Below the pieces are notes generated by a model, which worked only from the letters and a program-made list of their open reading frames with translations, did no database searches and was not told the origin of the DNA. Below are positions 61,471 to 64,000 of a stretch of 64,000 nt of DNA, one piece after another. Within the stretch, counting starts at the first letter, position 1; the number at the start of each line of letters is the position of its first letter. Location: NCBI RefSeq assembly GCF_009914755.1, contig NC_060928.1; one strand, written 5' to 3'. The stretch is from the human T2T-CHM13v2.0 reference genome, Homo sapiens. A program made the translations under genes and the position numbers.

Positions 61471-62874
61471 ATTTCCTTTCTTCTTAGATTGACTAATGTT
61501 TTACTAGCTTTATTTAAAAAAAAAAAACAATTCTTTATTTCATTGATATTTTGTATTTTTTGTCTTTATTTATTCATTCTGTAATTATTATTACTGTTCT
61601 TTTACTAATTTTGGATTTAGTTTGTTCTTATCTTTCTAGTTTATTGAGATATATCATTAGGTTGTCTATTTCAGGTCTTTCTTTTTTGATATAAGTGTTT
61701 ATTGCTATAAAGTTCCCTCTAAAGACTGCTTTAGCTGTATCCCATAAATTTTAGTATGTTGTGTTTTCATTTTCATTTCTGTCAAGAATTGTAAAAATTT
61801 CTCTTTTAAAATCTTTATTGACCCATTTGTTGTTTAGGAGCATGTGGTTTAATTTCTATGTACTTGTATAGTTTCTAAAGTTTCTCCTGTTGTTGATTCA
61901 TGGTTTTATTGCACTATGGTCAGAACAGATACTTGATATAATTTTCACTTTTAAAAATTTATTAAGACTTGTTTTGTGGCCTAACATGATCCATTCTGGA
62001 GGATGTTTCATGTGCATTTGAGAACATTGTGAATTTTGCAGATGTTGGATTGAATGTTCTGTAAATGTCTGTAAGGTTCATTTGCTCTAGAGTGAAGTTT
62101 AAATCTAATTTTTTGTGGTGTTGGCTTTATGTCTGGAAAATCTCTTCATTGCTGAAAGTGGGGTGTCGAAGTTTCCTACTGTTAGTGTATTGGAGTCTAT
62201 TCTTCCCTTTAGATATATTAATATTTGCTTCATACATTTAAGTGTGAGGTGCATATATATTTACAATTGTCATATTCTCTTATACTGACCCCTTTATCAT
62301 TACATAACAGCCTTGTTTGTCTTTTTTTTTAGTTTGTCTTTAGTTTTTGATTTAAAGTATATTTTATATCTTTTTCCATCCATTCACTTTTCATCTATGC
62401 ATGTCCTTTGGGTGAAGAGAATCTCTTGTGGACAATATATAGTTTTTTAAAAAATCTATTCAGCCACTTTATGTCTTTTAATAAGAGAATTTAATCTATT
62501 GATATTGAAGGTAATTATTCAATATCAATAATTGTTGTGTCATAATAGGTAAGATCTTGGTGCTACTATACTATAAATTGTTTTCTGATTGTTTTATAGA
62601 AACTTTGTTCCTTTCTCCTCCTACTGTTTTCTTTTGTGGTTAAGTGGCATTTTCTATCAGTATGTTTGATTTGTTGCTTTTTGTTTTTAGTGTATCTATG
62701 AAAAGCTTTTGCTTTGTGGTTCCCACAAGGCTTACAAAGAACACGTTATAGGTATAACAGGTTATTCTGAACTGATAACAACTTAATTTTGACTGCAAAA
62801 ATAGGAAAACAACTTTAGTCTTTAACCCCGATTACTCCTCTACATTTTGCATTTTTGATGCCATAGTTTACATT

Positions 62875-63174
62875 ATTAATTAATTAATTATTATTTTAGA
62901 CAGGGTCTCTGTCACCCAGGCTGGAGTGCAGTGGCACAACCTTGGCTTACCGCAACCTCTGCCTCCCAGCTCAAGTCGTCCTCCCACCGCAGCCTCCCGA
63001 GTAGCTGAAACTATAGGTGAGCACCACCATGCCTGGCTAATTTTTTATATTTTTGGTAGAAATGGGGTTTCACCATGTTGCCCAGGTTGGTCTCAAGCTC
63101 CTGAGCTCCCACAATCTGCCTGCCTTGGCCTTCCAAAGTGCTAGGATCGTGGGCATTAGGCACAGCGCCTGGCC
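62875..63174 (-). mobile_element. AluJ inserted in L1MA
   Basis: agacagggtctc...gcgcctggcc with (ttaa)n tail; flanks agtttacat/aatttatat. Confidence 0.9.
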
Positions 63175-64000
63175 AATTTATATCTTTTTAAACAGCTTAT
63201 CCCTTAACTAATTGTTGCAGGTCTTATTACTTTTATTTTGGTTGACCTTCCTGTTTAGCAGTGTAAGTGGTTTATGTCCCACAATTACTGTGTTAGAGTA
63301 TTCTGAATTTGTCTGAACACTTACTTTTACCTGTGGATTTTATACCTTTAGATGCTTTCATGTTACACATTAGAATTCTTTTCTTTCACTTTGAAGAATG
63401 ACCTTTAGTGTTTCTTGTAAAGCAGGCCTAGTTAAAATTAATTCACTCAGCTTTTGTTTATCTGGAAATGTCTTTATTTCTCCTTCATTTCTGAATGATT
63501 GCTTTGCTGATAAAGTATATTTTGTTGGCAGCTTCTTTTTCCTTCAGCACTTTGAATATATTATCCCACTCTCTCCTGGTCTGTAGGGTGTCTGTTGCCA
63601 GATGTACTGGAATTCTCTTATGTGTTATTTAATTCTTTTCTCTTGCTGCTTTCAGTCTTATCTCTTTGTCTTTGACCTTTGAAATTTGATTATAATATGA
63701 TTTGGAGGTGTCTTATTTGGGTTGAATCTGATTGATGATTTTTGATCTTTCTGTCTCTGAATATTTGTGCCTTTCTCATAGTTTGGAAAGTTTTTGTTAT
63801 TTCTTTGAATAAGCTTTTTACTCATTTTTTATTCTCTAGTCCCTTTTTAATGCCGTTGCTATGTAAATTTTCTCTATTGATGAAATCTCATAGGTCTCAT
63901 CAGTTCTTTTTGTTCTTTCTCCTTCTTTTTTCCTCCCTTGATAGTGTATTTTTGAATAGCTTGTCTTCAAACTCACTGTCTGTCTCTTCTGTTTTGAGCA

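Larger units (their letters stand above)
58160..64000 (-). mobile_element. Long L1MA element (about L1MA4-6), continuing beyond the window
   Basis: L1MA-type 3'UTR (gaacattcaaaatc, ctatagtcacc..actgtgcaacagaacaccagaac); ORF2 remnants KNKAGGITLPDFK..YWHKYRRIDQWNRIES and KPIANIILNEGKLKALPL; ORF1-like sequence from about 63400. Confidence 0.92.

Overview
Primate (catarrhine/hominoid-type, probably human or ape) nuclear DNA, AT-rich and dominated by interspersed repeats. It holds two full-length minus-strand L1PA elements (about L1PA5 and L1PA7, both with target-site duplications and broken ORFs), a long minus-strand L1MA running off the right end, a two-LTR MaLR (MST/THE1-type) element, an internally deleted MER4-group ERV1 provirus, a solo HERV-H LTR7, about a dozen other solo or fragmentary LTRs, about 15 Alus, MIR/L2 relics and MER20/MER33/MER44/MER5 DNA transposons. 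I see no host protein-coding exon, RNA gene, CpG island or CRISPR array. The only ORFs I can recognise are L1 ORF1/ORF2/ORF0 remnants. I cannot support a new biological system here. The best leads are modest: an open, extended L1 ORF0; a possible L1 antisense-promoter spliced transcript; an AluY with poly(T) instead of poly(A); an Alu truncated next to where its target site is complementary to Alu RNA; and a perfect 23-bp inverted repeat inside an old L1. Subfamily names come from remembered consensus motifs and need RepeatMasker/Dfam confirmation.
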